Numbered from the stretch's first letter, positions 21,608-32,030 are shown. The stretch is DNA of 34,260 nt from Xanthobacteraceae bacterium (GCA_049509935.1 JBEKZK010000001.1:1-34260), one strand, 5' to 3'. Numbers and translations are program-made. The notes: generated by a model not told the origin, from the sequence alone.

Positions 21608-22210
21608 GTGATGCTCGTGCTCGGCCTCACCGGCTCGATCGGAATGGGCAAGTCGACGACCGCCCGTTTCTTCGCAGATGCCGGCGTGCCGGTGCACGAC
21701 GCCGATGCGGCCGTGCATCGCCTCTACGAAGCCGAAGCGGTTGCGCCGATCGAGGCGGCGTTTCCAGGAACGACCGTCGCCGGCAAGGTCGATCGGCCGA
21801 AGCTCGCCGCGCGGGTGCTCGCCGACCCGGCCGCCATCCAGCGCCTCGAGGCCATCGTCCATCCACTGGTCCGCGAGTCGGCCGCCCGCTTCCTCACGGC
21901 CGCGGCGGCGCGCTGCGCCGGCGTCGCGGTGCTCGACATCCCACTGCTGTTCGAGACCGGTGCCGAGTCCCAGGTCGACGCCGTCGTCGTGGTCTCGGCG
22001 GGGCCGGACATCCAGCGTCAGCGGGTGCTCGCCCGACCCGACATGACGGCCGCGAAGCTCGACGCAATTCTAGCCAGGCAGATGCCGGACGCGGAAAAAC
22101 GTCGCCGCGCGCATTTCATAGTGGATAGCTCACGCGACTTCGATTCCGCCCGGGCCCAGGTTCATGGCATCTTGCGCGCCGTGGCCGCCATGCCGGGCCG
22201 AAAGAGCTAG
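21608..22210 (+). CDS. coaE: Dephospho-CoA kinase
   Basis: 200 aa with [18 protein letters not shown] (P-loop) followed by [12 protein letters not shown], and IVHPLV. The start may instead be the ATG at 21611. Confidence 0.9.
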   Translation: MMLVLGLTGSIGMGKSTTARFFADAGVPVHDADAAVHRLYEAEAVAPIEAAFPGTTVAGKVDRPKLAARVLADPAAIQRLEAIVHPLVRESAARFLTAAAARCAGVAVLDIPLLFETGAESQVDAVVVVSAGPDIQRQRVLARPDMTAAKLDAILARQMPDAEKRRRAHFIVDSSRDFDSARAQVHGILRAVAAMPGRKS

Positions 22211-22290
22211 CCAGGTTCCCGACGACCCGGACCTGTTTCGGGCGTGGTTCCCGGTTCGCCCGACAACAACGCGCGTCAGGAAGAGATCAT

Positions 22291-23001
22291 TTGCGCGAGA
22301 TCGTGCTCGACACCGAGACCACCGGGCTCGATCCCTACCAGGGCGACCGGCTGGTCGAGATCGGTTGCATCGAGCTGTTCAACCGCATTCCGACCGGACA
22401 GAGCTTTCAGCGCTACATCAATCCGGAGCGCGAAGTTCCGGCGGGCGCCTTCGAGGTGCACGGCCTGTCGACCGAGTTCCTCAAGGACAAGCCGCGGTTC
22501 ACGGAGATTGCCGACGAGTTCCTGACGTTCATCGACGGCGCGGCGCTGGTCATCCACAACGCCGCCTTCGATATCGGGTTCATCAATGCGGAGCTCGAGC
22601 GCGTCGGCAAGCCAGTGCTGGCCCGCGATCGAATCGTGGATACGCTGCTGCTGGCGCGGCGCAAGCATCCGGCCGGGCCGAATCGTCTCGATGACCTGTG
22701 CACGCGCTACGGCATCGACGGCTCGAGGCGCACAAAGCATGGCGCGCTGCTCGACGCGGAGATCCTCGCCGAGGTCTATATCGAGCTGACCGGGGCCCGC
22801 CAGGCGCAGCTCATCCTCCAGGAGGCCGGCTCGACGGTCGCGGCGGTCACCCACAGTACCATCCGGGTTCGCATGGCACCCCTTGCAAGCCGGCTTACCG
22901 TCATCGAGCGGGAGGCGCATCGGGCATTCGTCGCGACCTTGGGACCCGAAGCCATCTGGCGAGATTACGTCGAACTCGCCCAAGGCGACGCGCCGCGTTG
23001 A
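22291..23001 (+). CDS. dnaQ: DNA polymerase III subunit epsilon (3-prime to 5-prime proofreading exonuclease)
   Basis: 236 aa. Exo I is REIVLDTETTGL, Exo II is VIHNAAFDIGF, and Exo III is HGALLDAEILAEVY. The TTG start at 22291 is preceded by AGGAAGAG. Confidence 0.92.
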   Translation: MREIVLDTETTGLDPYQGDRLVEIGCIELFNRIPTGQSFQRYINPEREVPAGAFEVHGLSTEFLKDKPRFTEIADEFLTFIDGAALVIHNAAFDIGFINAELERVGKPVLARDRIVDTLLLARRKHPAGPNRLDDLCTRYGIDGSRRTKHGALLDAEILAEVYIELTGARQAQLILQEAGSTVAAVTHSTIRVRMAPLASRLTVIEREAHRAFVATLGPEAIWRDYVELAQGDAPR

Positions 23002-23030
23002 GCCGAGCGAACCGCGGCGACGGTGCCTGT

Positions 23031-23513
23031 TCAGCTGATCCGCGGGGCTTCCTGCCGGGCCTGTGTCTCGCTCATCTTCTGGCGATAAAGCCCGACGAAG
23101 TCGATCGGATCGATGAGCAGCGGAGGAAAGCCGCCGTTGCGCACCGCGGTTGCGATGATCTCGCGAGCGAACGGGAACAGCAGCCGCGGACACTCGATCA
23201 TCACCAGCTGATGCACATGCTCCTGCGGCACGTTCTGGATGCGAAACACGCCCGCGTAGACGAGATCGAATACGAACAGAACGGTTCCGCCCGTGTCGGC
23301 CTTGCCTTCCAGCTTGAGCTCGACCTCGATGTCGCTCTCGGTAATCGGTTTGGCGTTGACGTTGATCTGGATGTTGATCGCCGGCTGCTGCTGGTTCTGG
23401 CCCAGGGAGCGCGGCGCGTTGGGGTTTTCGAAGGAGAAATCCTTGATGTACTGGGCGAGCACGTTGAGCTGCGGGGGCTGGTCCTGCGCCGGCCCGCCGT
23501 TGGTGATAGCCAT
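23031..23513 (-). CDS. secB: Protein-export chaperone SecB
   Basis: The last 160 codons of the 556-aa track ORF read [34 protein letters not shown]....[37 protein letters not shown], which is canonical SecB. The start is at complement of 23511-23513. Confidence 0.93.
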   Translation of the reverse strand: MAITNGGPAQDQPPQLNVLAQYIKDFSFENPNAPRSLGQNQQQPAINIQINVNAKPITESDIEVELKLEGKADTGGTVLFVFDLVYAGVFRIQNVPQEHVHQLVMIECPRLLFPFAREIIATAVRNGGFPPLLIDPIDFVGLYRQKMSETQARQEAPRIS

Positions 23514-23780
23514 CTCGATCTCCTCCGGACGCCATCGTTCGCTGCCTCTGGGGGGAGGTGTCTCGCGGCGGCGAACCCATAGGTCGCGGAGCCGGACGTG
23601 AACGCGCTTCAGGACCACTCCGCCGCCATGCGCTAACACAGGCTTTCCCGCCCGACAAGGATGACCCGAGGCGACCGGCGGGTCATCCAGCACCACGCGG
23701 TACGGGGCGGAGCATCGGCAAGTTTTTTCCAGTTCCGCAGGTTGGCGCCAGCGGCCGGATCGTCTAGTCTGCGCTGCAGA

Positions 23781-23800
23781 TCGGGCCGATATCGGCCCGA
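23781..23800. repeat. Perfect 20-bp palindrome in the secB / Tim44-like divergent intergenic region
   Basis: TCGGGCCGAT|ATCGGCCCGA. There is no flanking T-tract, so it is not a classical terminator. It could be an operator or another protein-binding site. Confidence 0.6.
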
Positions 23801-23933
23801 GGTTCTCCGGCGGGGGCCCTTTGCATTGTCCCGCCGTGCGCCTACATAATATGGGCGGAATTGGTGTCCTATCCTGGCGCCGCCAACCTGCTGGCATCGA
23901 ATCGATCCGACTGCCGCCGAGAGCGAGCAAGAC

Positions 23934-24641
23934 GTGTTCTTCGACATCTACACCATCATTTTCCTGGTGCTTGCGGTATTCATTTTCCTCAAGCTCCGGA
24001 GCGTTCTCGGGCAACGCACGGGCCGGGAGCGACCGCCTTATGATCCCTATTCGGCGCGTGATGCGGTGCGCACCCCGGGAAACGACAAGGTCGTCGCCTT
24101 GCCGACCCGCGCCGCGCAACCGCCTCCGACCGCTCCCGAGACGACGCTGTCGTCGGAGCGCTGGAAAGGGATCGCCGAGGCCGGATCCTCGATCGCGACC
24201 GGGCTCGATGCGATCACGGTGCTCGACCGCGCGTTCGATGTCGGGCATTTCCTCGCGGGTGCGCGTGCCGCCTACGAGATGATCGTGACGGCTTTTGCCG
24301 AGGGCGACCGGCGCACGCTGAAGAACCTGCTGTCGCGCGAGGTGTACGAGGGTTTCGAGCAAGCCATCCGCGACCGTGAGGCGCGGGGCGAGACCGCCGA
24401 GACCAGGTTCGTGTCGATCGAGAAGGCCGACGTGACCGCTGCCGAATTGCGTGGCCGGACCGCTCAGATCACCGTGCGGTTCGTTTCCCAGCTCATCTCG
24501 GTGACCCGTGACCGCTCCGGGGCGGTGATCGAAGGATCGCCCGACAAGGTCACCGACGTCACCGACGTGTGGACCTTCGCGCACGACATGTCCTCGCGCG
24601 ACCCCAACTGGAAGCTGGTCGCGACCGAAGCCGGGCAGTAG
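23934..24641 (+). CDS. Tim44-like domain protein (membrane-anchored)
   Basis: 235 aa. The N-terminal TM helix is [29 protein letters not shown]. The C-terminal part has the Tim44-like (NTF2-fold) pattern ...[19 protein letters not shown]. It starts with GTG. Confidence 0.85.
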   Translation: MFFDIYTIIFLVLAVFIFLKLRSVLGQRTGRERPPYDPYSARDAVRTPGNDKVVALPTRAAQPPPTAPETTLSSERWKGIAEAGSSIATGLDAITVLDRAFDVGHFLAGARAAYEMIVTAFAEGDRRTLKNLLSREVYEGFEQAIRDREARGETAETRFVSIEKADVTAAELRGRTAQITVRFVSQLISVTRDRSGAVIEGSPDKVTDVTDVWTFAHDMSSRDPNWKLVATEAGQ

Positions 24642-24645
24642 CCGG

Positions 24646-25986
24646 GTGATGCCTGCGGGGACAGCGCCTCCCCGGCGGGCGTGCCAGCGCAGGATCGCCA
24701 TCGTGTTGGCGAGCGCGATCGTGACCGGCTTGATCGGGCCCGCATCTGCCGCCGCCGGGGATGCCCTGCGGTTTCCCGATGCCGAGCTCGAGCCGATTGG
24801 CTGGAACGACCTCGATGCATGGTTGAGCGACGATCAGGCCGCCGCGTTCGCGGCGTTTCTGTCCAGCTGCCGGGTCATGGTGCGACGCGCCCCCTCGCCG
24901 CATGAGCCTCCATCGATGCGGCTGGCGCTCGAGCTAGTATGCCGGCGCGCGCTCCGCGAGCCCGGGCTCGATGGCGACAAGGCGCGGGCATTCTTCGAGC
25001 AGAGCTTCCGCCCGTTGCGGATCTCGCGACTCGGCGAGACGCAAGGGCTGCTCACCGGGTATTTCGAGCCGATCGTGGATGGCTCGCGTTTTCCGACCCG
25101 CGAATTCACGGTTCCGCTCTACCGCCGTCCCGACGACCTCGTCGCACCCGGTCGCAGCATCGAGAACGGCTTTCCCAACAGGGGCGAGGTCAAGCGGCGG
25201 CTGCCCGACGGCAGCCTGGTGCCGTATTTCGACCGCGGTGAGATCGAGGACGGAGCGCTCGACGGTCGTCATCTGGAGATCTGCTGGCTGCGCGACCCGA
25301 TCGCCGCATTCTCCATCCAGATTCAGGGCTCGGCCCGCGTGCGCCTGGAGGACGGGTTGACCTTGCGGATCGGCTACGACGGCTGGAACGGTCACACCTA
25401 CGTGCCGGTCGGCCGCATCCTGATCGAACGCAACATCATCTCCAGGGAGGAGATGTCGCTCGAGCGCATCCGGCAGTGGATGAGCGAGCATCCCGACGAA
25501 GCGCGTGAGCTCAGGCGCAAAAACCAATCGTACGTATTCTTTCGTACCACCGGCCTCGGCGACGAGGGCGAGACCGCCGGCGGCGAGTCCGTGCGTCTCA
25601 CTCCCGGCCGATCGATCGCCGTCGACGTGCCGCAGCACACCTACGGAACGCCGTTCTACATCGAGGCCGATCTGCCGCTCGACAGCGCCACGGCAAAGAC
25701 CCCGTTTCGCCGTCTGATGATCGCGCAGGACACCGGCTCGGCCATCACCGGACCTGCCCGCGCCGACATCTTCTTCGGCTCCGGCGACGAAGCCGGCCGC
25801 GTCGCCGGCCGCGTTCGTCACCTCGGCCGCTTTGTCATGCTCGTCCCCCGCGAGATCGATCCGGTCCAGGCGGGGTTGAAAATGCCGCTTCCGCGCCCGC
25901 GACCGACCGTCCTGGCGCGCGGGGCCCGGTCCGGTCATGCCTCCCGTGCCTCCCGGCAGAGAGCACGGCATCGACGCCACAGATAA
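24646..25986 (+). CDS. mltA: Murein transglycosylase A (MltA family)
   Basis: 446 aa with a signal-like N-terminus ([22 protein letters not shown]). It shows [26 protein letters not shown], and the 3D-domain motif AVD....YGTPFYI...............[21 protein letters not shown]. Confidence 0.85.
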   Translation: MMPAGTAPPRRACQRRIAIVLASAIVTGLIGPASAAAGDALRFPDAELEPIGWNDLDAWLSDDQAAAFAAFLSSCRVMVRRAPSPHEPPSMRLALELVCRRALREPGLDGDKARAFFEQSFRPLRISRLGETQGLLTGYFEPIVDGSRFPTREFTVPLYRRPDDLVAPGRSIENGFPNRGEVKRRLPDGSLVPYFDRGEIEDGALDGRHLEICWLRDPIAAFSIQIQGSARVRLEDGLTLRIGYDGWNGHTYVPVGRILIERNIISREEMSLERIRQWMSEHPDEARELRRKNQSYVFFRTTGLGDEGETAGGESVRLTPGRSIAVDVPQHTYGTPFYIEADLPLDSATAKTPFRRLMIAQDTGSAITGPARADIFFGSGDEAGRVAGRVRHLGRFVMLVPREIDPVQAGLKMPLPRPRPTVLARGARSGHASRASRQRARHRRHR

Positions 25987-25989
25987 GCG

Positions 25990-26547
25990 ATGAGCAGCGG
26001 ATCCAAGCACGGCCGACGCCGATCGCTCACCGACGAGGAACGCGTGCTGTGGTCGACCGTGACCCGCGCGATCGTCCCTCTGGGAAGGCCGCGATCCCGC
26101 GATCCGCGGCCCGAGGAGACCTCTCTTCCGGTCGAGGCCGTGCCGGCAGGGCCCGCGATGGAGCAAGCTCTTGCGCCTCGACCCATCATCAGGCCGCCGC
26201 CGACCCCGGCACCACTCGATCGCCGGTTGAAACAGCGGCTTGCCCGCGGCAGCGAGCCGATCGATGCACGCGTGGACCTGCACGGCCTGACCCAGGCGGA
26301 GGCGCATGACCTGCTGGTGCGGTTCGTGCGCAGCGCGTCGGCGCGAGGCGCGCGGGTCGTGCTGGTGATCACCGGCAAGGGCGGCGGCGCCGGGCCGGGG
26401 GGCGAGCGTGGCGTGCTGCGGCGCCAGGTTCCGCACTGGCTCAAGGCGCCGGGGTTGTCCGACCACGTGGTTGGTTTCGCCGCTGCCCACGTCGGCCACG
26501 GCGGTGACGGCGCGCTTTACGTGCGCCTGCGCCGGCCAAGATCCTGA
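25990..26547 (+). CDS. Smr-domain protein
   Basis: 185 aa. The C-terminal part DLHGLTQAEAHDLLVRFVRSASARGARVVLVITGKG....GVLRRQVPHWL fits the Smr domain pattern. Confidence 0.85.
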   Translation: MSSGSKHGRRRSLTDEERVLWSTVTRAIVPLGRPRSRDPRPEETSLPVEAVPAGPAMEQALAPRPIIRPPPTPAPLDRRLKQRLARGSEPIDARVDLHGLTQAEAHDLLVRFVRSASARGARVVLVITGKGGGAGPGGERGVLRRQVPHWLKAPGLSDHVVGFAAAHVGHGGDGALYVRLRRPRS

Positions 26548-26562
26548 GCAAGATCCTGAGCA
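26537..26562. repeat. 12-bp tandem duplication (2.2 copies) spanning the smr stop codon
   Basis: CAAGATCCTGAG (26537-26548), then CAAGATCCTGAG (26549-26560), then CA. The smr TGA (26545-26547) lies in copy 1, and copy 2 carries an in-frame second TGA. Confidence 0.9.
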
Positions 26563-26572
26563 CCCGCGGTCG

Positions 26573-27928
26573 CTACAGAATGAACCGCGACAGGTCGGCG
26601 TTCTTGGCGAGGTCGCCGACATGGACCTGAACGTAGGCGGCGTCGACGGTCACGGTCTCGCCGGATCGATCGGGCGCCGAGAACGAGATCTCGTCGAGCA
26701 CACGCTCGATCACGGTCTGCAGACGGCGCGCGCCGATGTTTTCCACATTGGCGTTCACCTCGACCGCGATGTCGGCGATGGCGTCGATCGCATCGTCGGA
26801 GAAGGTCAGCGTGACGCCCTCGGTCGCCAGCAACGCTACCGTCTGTTTGATCAGCGAGGCCTCGGGCTCGGTCAGGATCTTGCGCAAGTCGTCGCGGCTC
26901 AGCGCCTTGAGCTCGACCCGGATCGGCAGCCGTCCCTGCAATTCGGGCAGAAGATCCGACGGCTTGGAGACGTGGAATGCCCCCGACGCGATGAACAGGA
27001 TATGATCGGTCTTCACCGAGCCGTGCTTGGTCGATACCGTCGTGCCCTCGATCAGCGGCAGCAGGTCGCGCTGCACGCCCTCGCGCGACACGTCGCCGCC
27101 GATGCGCCCGTCGCGCGCGCAGATCTTGTCGATCTCGTCGAGGAACACGATCCCGTTGTTTTCCACGACGCGGAGCGCTTCGCTGACCAATTGCTCCTGG
27201 TCGAGCAGCTTGTCGGACTCGTCGTTGATCAGGATCTCGTAGGAGTCGCGCACGTTCAACCGGCGGGTCTTGCTGCGCCCGCCGAACGCCTTGCCGAACA
27301 GGTCGCCGATCGAGATGGCGCCCATCTGCGCCCCCGGCATGCCCGGGACCTCGAACATCGGCATCCCCGGGCCCGAGGCCTGCACCTCGATCTCGATCTC
27401 CTTGTCGTCGAGCTCGTTGGCGCGCAGCTTCTTGCGGAACGCATCCTTGGTTGCCTGGCTCGCGTTGGCGCCGACCAGCGCGCTGATCACCCGCTCCTCG
27501 GCCGCCAGATGGGCGCGGGCCGAGACGTCCTTGCGCTTCTTGTCGCGGGTGATCGCGATCCCCACCTCCACCAAGTCGCGCACGATCTGCTCGACGTCGC
27601 GCCCCACATAGCCGACCTCGGTGAACTTGGTGGCCTCCACCTTGATAAACGGCGCTCCGGCAAGCCGCGCCAGCCGTCGGGCGATCTCGGTCTTGCCGAC
27701 CCCGGTCGGACCGATCATCAGGATGTTCTTCGGCAGCACCTCCTCGCGCAGCTTGTCGTCGAGCTGCAGCCGCCGCCATCGATTGCGCAGTGCGATCGCC
27801 ACCGCACGCTTGGCATCGCCCTGTCCGACGATGAAGCGGTCGAGCTCGGACACGATCTCGCGTGGCGAGAACGCGCTCATCGCCAGCTCGTCCGCGACGG
27901 TCTTGGCGGTGCCGAAGGACACGGTCAT
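26573..27928 (-). CDS. hslU: ATP-dependent protease ATPase subunit HslU
   Basis: The sequence shows [33 protein letters not shown] and the Walker A motif [15 protein letters not shown]. The ATG at complement of 27926-27928 overlaps the hslV TGA (ATGA). An alternative start at complement of 27878-27880 ([10 protein letters not shown]) would give the more usual 435 aa. Confidence 0.95.
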   Translation of the reverse strand: MTVSFGTAKTVADELAMSAFSPREIVSELDRFIVGQGDAKRAVAIALRNRWRRLQLDDKLREEVLPKNILMIGPTGVGKTEIARRLARLAGAPFIKVEATKFTEVGYVGRDVEQIVRDLVEVGIAITRDKKRKDVSARAHLAAEERVISALVGANASQATKDAFRKKLRANELDDKEIEIEVQASGPGMPMFEVPGMPGAQMGAISIGDLFGKAFGGRSKTRRLNVRDSYEILINDESDKLLDQEQLVSEALRVVENNGIVFLDEIDKICARDGRIGGDVSREGVQRDLLPLIEGTTVSTKHGSVKTDHILFIASGAFHVSKPSDLLPELQGRLPIRVELKALSRDDLRKILTEPEASLIKQTVALLATEGVTLTFSDDAIDAIADIAVEVNANVENIGARRLQTVIERVLDEISFSAPDRSGETVTVDAAYVQVHVGDLAKNADLSRFIL

Positions 27929-28476
27929 GTGGTCAACGTTTCGATGCTGACGTTGCGGTTGGTGTAGACGCAGATGTCGGCGGCGATCGCCATCGCCTTG
28001 CGCACGATCGCCTCGGCGCCGAGATCACCGTCGAGCAGCGCACGGGCGGCGGCCAATGCATAATTGCCGCCGGACCCGATGCCCATCACGCCGCCTTCCG
28101 GCTCGAGCACGTCGCCGGTGCCGGTCAGCACCAGCGACACGTCACGGTCGGCGACCACCATCATGGCCTCGAGCCGGCGCAGATAGCGGTCGGTCCGCCA
28201 GTCCTTGGCGAGCTCGACGGCCGCGCGGGTCAGCTGACCCGGATACTGCTCGAGCTTCGATTCCAGCCGTTCGAACAACGTGAAGGCGTCGGCGGTGGCC
28301 CCGGCAAATCCGCCGATCACCTCGCCCTTGCCGAGGCGGCGCACCTTCTTGGCGTTGGCCTTGACGATGGTCTGCCCGATGCTGACCTGCCCGTCGCCGC
28401 CGATCGCCACGGTGCCGCCCTTGCGAACGGTCAGAACGGTTGTGGCGTGCCAGGAGTCAGGTTGTGAATGCGGCAT
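27925..28476 (-). CDS. hslV: ATP-dependent protease subunit HslV
   Basis: The last 183 codons of the 461-aa track ORF read [32 protein letters not shown]....[14 protein letters not shown]. They include the catalytic Thr (TT) motif. The start is at complement of 28474-28476. Confidence 0.95.
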   Translation of the reverse strand: MPHSQPDSWHATTVLTVRKGGTVAIGGDGQVSIGQTIVKANAKKVRRLGKGEVIGGFAGATADAFTLFERLESKLEQYPGQLTRAAVELAKDWRTDRYLRRLEAMMVVADRDVSLVLTGTGDVLEPEGGVMGIGSGGNYALAAARALLDGDLGAEAIVRKAMAIAADICVYTNRNVSIETLTT

Positions 28477-28507
28477 CGGGGCCCGGGGCGCTGCGGCGTG
28501 AGCCGTG

Positions 28508-28537
28508 ATGTAAGCGCTCACCGGGCTGGATGCAAAC
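28508..28537 (-). promoter_or_regulatory. Possible sigma-32 (RpoH)-type heat-shock promoter for hslVU
   Basis: The minus strand reads gTTTGcatccagcccggtgagcgCTTACATc, that is TTTG-N18-CTTACAT. This resembles the alphaproteobacterial RpoH consensus, approximately CTTG-N17-CYTATNT from memory. The -10 element ends about 30 nt upstream of the hslV ATG. Confidence 0.25.
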
Positions 28538-28641
28538 CGTGCGCTGCGGCCTCGATTCGACGCGGGAGGCACCCTGCTGTGGCGAATGGCGCCCGTGCCT
28601 GATATGACGGCGCCGTTCAGGCGAAAACCGGAAGGGCGCGG

Positions 28642-29235
28642 ATGCGCAAGGCCTCGCTGCGGCGAACCACCAAGGAGACCGACATCGAGGTCGCGGTCGA
28701 TCTCGACGGCACCGGCCGCTCCACGATCTCGACCGGAATCGGCTTCCTGGACCACATGCTCGATCTGCTGGCGCGGCACTCCCGGATCGATCTGACGGTC
28801 ACCGCAAAGGGTGATCTGCACATCGATGACCACCACACCGCCGAGGATATCGGCATCGCGCTCGGCCAGGCGGTCCGGCAGGCGCTGGGCGACATGGCGG
28901 GGATCACCCGCTACGCCGACGTGCACGTGCCGATGGACGAGGCCCTGACCAGGGTCGCGATCGACATTTCGGGACGACCGTTCCTGGTGTTTGCCGCTGA
29001 TTTCGGCCATGACAAGATCGGGGCCTTCGACACCGAGCTGGTGCGCGAATGGTTCCAGGCATTTGCAATGAACGCCGGCATCACGCTGCACGTTACCACG
29101 CTCTACGGCGCCAACGATCACCACATTGCCGAGTCGTGCTTCAAGGGCTTGGCGCGGGCCCTGCGCGGCGCCGTCGCCGTCGATCCGCGCGCCGCCGGCG
29201 AGGTGCCCTCGACCAAGGGCCGGCTCGGCGGGTGA
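28642..29235 (+). CDS. hisB: Imidazoleglycerol-phosphate dehydratase
   Basis: 197 aa with [48 protein letters not shown] and [17 protein letters not shown]. Confidence 0.95.
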   Translation: MRKASLRRTTKETDIEVAVDLDGTGRSTISTGIGFLDHMLDLLARHSRIDLTVTAKGDLHIDDHHTAEDIGIALGQAVRQALGDMAGITRYADVHVPMDEALTRVAIDISGRPFLVFAADFGHDKIGAFDTELVREWFQAFAMNAGITLHVTTLYGANDHHIAESCFKGLARALRGAVAVDPRAAGEVPSTKGRLGG

Positions 29236-29333
29236 GGCCATGGCGGACGACGCCGGCTCGCCGCCGATAGGCCAAGGACGGCGTGAACGCCCTCGAGAAA
29301 GATGCGCCACTCGAGACCAGCAGGAGGACCCGC

Positions 29334-29813
29334 ATGGCGATCTACACGGTGCACGAGCCGCCGCGGCGCGACGCCGACGTGCTGGCGCATACCGACCGGT
29401 TCCGCTTCATCCGTGACGGATTTTCCTGGGGCGCGTTCCTGTTCGGGCCGCTGTGGATGCTGCGCCACCGGCTGTGGCTGGTGCTGGTGCTCTATCTGAT
29501 CGTGCTGGCCGTCGTGCTGTTGGGGCTGCGCGCCTCTCCGCTTGGAATGGTGGCCGCGGTGGAGCTCCTCTCACTGCTGCTCGGCATCGAGGCGTCGACG
29601 CTGCGCCGCTGGACCCTCGGCCGCCGCCGCTGGACGAGCCTCGGCGTCGTCGTCGGCGACGATCTCGAGGCCGCCGAGCGGCGCTTCTTCGACGCTTGGG
29701 TCAAAGACCCGGGCGTCGCCCGGCTCCGCGCCGTGCCGGTTGCGCCGTCGACCATCATCCCGGCAACGCATGACGTGATGGGTCTGTTTCCCGAGGCGGG
29801 AGCACGGTCGTGA
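29334..29813 (+). CDS. DUF2628-type small membrane protein embedded in the his operon
   Basis: The ATG at 29334 is preceded by AGGAGG (29323-29328). The N-terminus reads [48 protein letters not shown], followed by two hydrophobic segments, for 159 aa. It ends in a 4-nt overlap with the hisH GTG start. Confidence 0.75.
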   Translation: MAIYTVHEPPRRDADVLAHTDRFRFIRDGFSWGAFLFGPLWMLRHRLWLVLVLYLIVLAVVLLGLRASPLGMVAAVELLSLLLGIEASTLRRWTLGRRRWTSLGVVVGDDLEAAERRFFDAWVKDPGVARLRAVPVAPSTIIPATHDVMGLFPEAGARS

Positions 29814-30460
29814 CCGTCGCCATCGTCGATTACGGTTCCGGCAATCTGCACTCGGCCGCCAAGGCGTTCGAGCGGGCCGCGCGCGAATCCGGGCACGACC
29901 AGCCGATCGTGGTGACCGGCGATCCGGACGTCGTGCGGCGGGCCGATCGGGTGGTGCTGCCGGGCGTCGGCGCGTTCGCGGACTGCCGGCGCGGCCTCGA
30001 TGCGGTCGACGGCATGGTCGAGGCTCTCGACGAGACGGTGCGGCGGAATGGCCGGCCCTTCCTCGGCATCTGCGTCGGCATGCAGCTCATGGCCGAGCGT
30101 GGCCGCGAATATGTGGTGACCGACGGGCTCGGCTGGATTCCCGGCGAGGTCGACAGGATCACCCCCGGCGACCCCGGCTTGAAGATTCCGCATATGGGAT
30201 GGAACACGCTGTCCGCGGCGCGACCGCATCCCCTGCTCGCCGACATTCCGCTGGGGCCCGATGGGCTGCACGCCTATTTCGTCCACTCCTTCCATCTCAA
30301 CGTCACGGATCGCACGACCCTGGTGGCCGAGGCCGACTATGGCGGCCCGGTGACCGCCATGGTGGCCCGCGACAGTTTTGCCGGAACCCAGTTTCATCCG
30401 GAGAAGAGCCAGCGCCTGGGGTTGAAGCTGATCGCCAACTTCCTGGCGTGGGCGCCGTGA
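29810..30460 (+). CDS. hisH: Imidazole glycerol phosphate synthase, glutamine amidotransferase subunit HisH
   Basis: 216 aa with [28 protein letters not shown] (catalytic Cys) and GTQFHPEKS. Confidence 0.95.
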   Translation: MTVAIVDYGSGNLHSAAKAFERAARESGHDQPIVVTGDPDVVRRADRVVLPGVGAFADCRRGLDAVDGMVEALDETVRRNGRPFLGICVGMQLMAERGREYVVTDGLGWIPGEVDRITPGDPGLKIPHMGWNTLSAARPHPLLADIPLGPDGLHAYFVHSFHLNVTDRTTLVAEADYGGPVTAMVARDSFAGTQFHPEKSQRLGLKLIANFLAWAP

Positions 30461-31224
30461 TTCTGTATCCGGCGATCGACCTCAAGGAAGGTGTGTGCGT
30501 TCGCCTCGAGCAGGGCGACATGGCGCGCGCCACCGTGTTCAATCGCGATCCCGCGGCGCAGGCCCGGACGTTCGAGCTCCAGGGCTTCGAGTATCTCCAC
30601 GTCGTCGACCTCGACGGTGCCTTCGCCGGACAGCCGATGAATGCCGCCGCGGTGACGGACATCCTCGCGGCGATCCGCATTCCGCTGCAGCTCGGCGGCG
30701 GTATCCGCGACATGGCGACCGCCGAGGCCTGGCTGGCAAAAGGCGTCGCCCGGGTGGTCATCGGCACCGCAGCGGTGCGCGACCCGGATTTCGTCCGGCG
30801 GGCGGCCGCGGCCTTTCCCGGGCGCATTGCCGTCGGGCTCGATGCGCGCGACGGCATGGTCGCGGTCGAGGGCTGGGCGCAGACCTCGGAGCTTGCGGTG
30901 CTCGAAATTGCGCGGCGGTTCGAGGACGCGGGCGTGGCGGCAATCGTCTACACCGACATCGCGCGCGACGGCCTGCTCAAGGGTCTCAATATCGACGCCA
31001 GCATCGCGCTTGCGGACGCCGTCTCGGTTCCTGTGGTCGCGTCCGGCGGCCTGGCGTCGCTCGCCGATGTCCGCGCTCTGCTCGAGCCGCGGGCCGCAAA
31101 GCTGGCCGGCGCCATCACCGGGCGGGCGCTCTACGACGGGCGGCTCGATCCGGCGGCTGCATTGGCGCTGGTGCGCGCCGCTCGAGCATTGTCCGCCGAA
31201 GTGGGCGCCGGTTCGGCGAAATGA
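30457..31224 (+). CDS. hisA: 1-(5-phosphoribosyl)-5-[(5-phosphoribosylamino)methylideneamino]imidazole-4-carboxamide isomerase HisA
   Basis: The GTG at 30457 overlaps the hisH TGA by 4 nt and gives (M)[21 protein letters not shown]. The sequence also shows [17 protein letters not shown] and [10 protein letters not shown], for 255 aa. Confidence 0.93.
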   Translation: MILYPAIDLKEGVCVRLEQGDMARATVFNRDPAAQARTFELQGFEYLHVVDLDGAFAGQPMNAAAVTDILAAIRIPLQLGGGIRDMATAEAWLAKGVARVVIGTAAVRDPDFVRRAAAAFPGRIAVGLDARDGMVAVEGWAQTSELAVLEIARRFEDAGVAAIVYTDIARDGLLKGLNIDASIALADAVSVPVVASGGLASLADVRALLEPRAAKLAGAITGRALYDGRLDPAAALALVRAARALSAEVGAGSAK

Positions 31225-31253
31225 AAATGCGACGGCATCTGCATGAGGTCGTG

Positions 31254-32030
31254 ATGTTCAAGGTTCGTGTCATCCCCTGCCTCGACGTCAAGGACGGCCG
31301 CGTCGTCAAAGGCATCAATTTCGTCGACCTGCGGGATGCGGGCGACCCGGTCGAGGCCGCGATGGCATACGACGCTGCCGGCGCCGACGAGCTGTGCTTC
31401 CTCGACATCACGGCGAGTCACGAGAACCGCGGCATCATTCTCGACGTGGTGCGGCGTACCGCCGAGGCCTGCTTCATGCCGCTCACGGTCGGTGGCGGCG
31501 TGCGCACCATCGAGGATATCCGGCGGCTGCTCGCCTCGGGGGCCGACAAGGTGTCGATCAACACGGCGGCGGTGAACGACCGCAGCTTCGTCAAGGAGGC
31601 GGCCGAGAAATTCGGCGACCAGTGCGTCGTGGTGGCGATCGACGCCAAGGCGGTGTCGAAGCCGGGTGAAGCGCCGCGGTGGGAAATCTTTACCCATGGC
31701 GGTCGCAACCCGACCGCCATCGATGCGATTGCCTACGCCCGGGAGGTGGTGGCGCTCGGCGCCGGAGAGATCCTGCTCACCTCGATGGATCGCGACGGAA
31801 CCCGAAAGGGCTTCGACATCCCGCTCACCCGCGCGGTGGCCGACGCGGTCGCCGTGCCGGTCATCGCGTCGGGGGGCGTCGGCACGCTGCAACATCTGGT
31901 CGAGGGTATCCGCGACGGCCATGCGACGGCGGTGCTCGCCGCGTCGATTTTTCATTTCGGCGAGCATTCGATCCGCGAAGCCAAGGACTATATGGCGAAA
32001 GTCGGATTGCCGGTGCGGCTCGATGGGTGA
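31254..32030 (+). CDS. hisF: Imidazole glycerol phosphate synthase cyclase subunit HisF
   Basis: ATG 31254 gives [20 protein letters not shown]. The sequence also shows [29 protein letters not shown] and IASGG, for 258 aa. An in-frame ATG at 31221 (ATGA overlap with the hisA stop) is an alternative start. Confidence 0.95.
   Translation: MFKVRVIPCLDVKDGRVVKGINFVDLRDAGDPVEAAMAYDAAGADELCFLDITASHENRGIILDVVRRTAEACFMPLTVGGGVRTIEDIRRLLASGADKVSINTAAVNDRSFVKEAAEKFGDQCVVVAIDAKAVSKPGEAPRWEIFTHGGRNPTAIDAIAYAREVVALGAGEILLTSMDRDGTRKGFDIPLTRAVADAVAVPVIASGGVGTLQHLVEGIRDGHATAVLAASIFHFGEHSIREAKDYMAKVGLPVRLDG

Noticed and set aside
22276-23658. 460-aa minus-strand ORF
   Set aside because: It is antisense to dnaQ and off-frame over secB. 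It is extremely Arg/Gly/Pro-rich.
23514-24701. Upstream 396 codons of the 556-aa minus-strand ORF that ends as secB
   Set aside because: Only the last 160 codons resemble SecB. The upstream part crosses the intergenic region and is antisense to the Tim44-like gene.
26459-26474. CACGTG-centred near-palindrome CCGACCACGTGGTTGG as a third parS
   Set aside because: It shares only the central CACGTG with parS. The flanking GTTT/AAAC arms that ParB recognises are absent.
24934-26622. 562-aa minus-strand ORF
   Set aside because: It is antisense to mltA and smr, both of which have clear family motifs. Its translation is of Arg/Gly/Ala-rich shadow type.
26408-27967. 519-aa plus-strand ORF, and the 420-aa minus-strand ORF at 26517..27779
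   Set aside because: One is antisense to hslU and the other is off-frame within it. hslU has a Walker A motif and conserved N-terminal motifs, and neither alternative frame shows any domain signature.
28477-29310. Upstream 278 codons of the 461-aa minus-strand ORF that ends as hslV
   Set aside because: The HslV homology begins at [15 protein letters not shown]. The upstream part is antisense to hisB.
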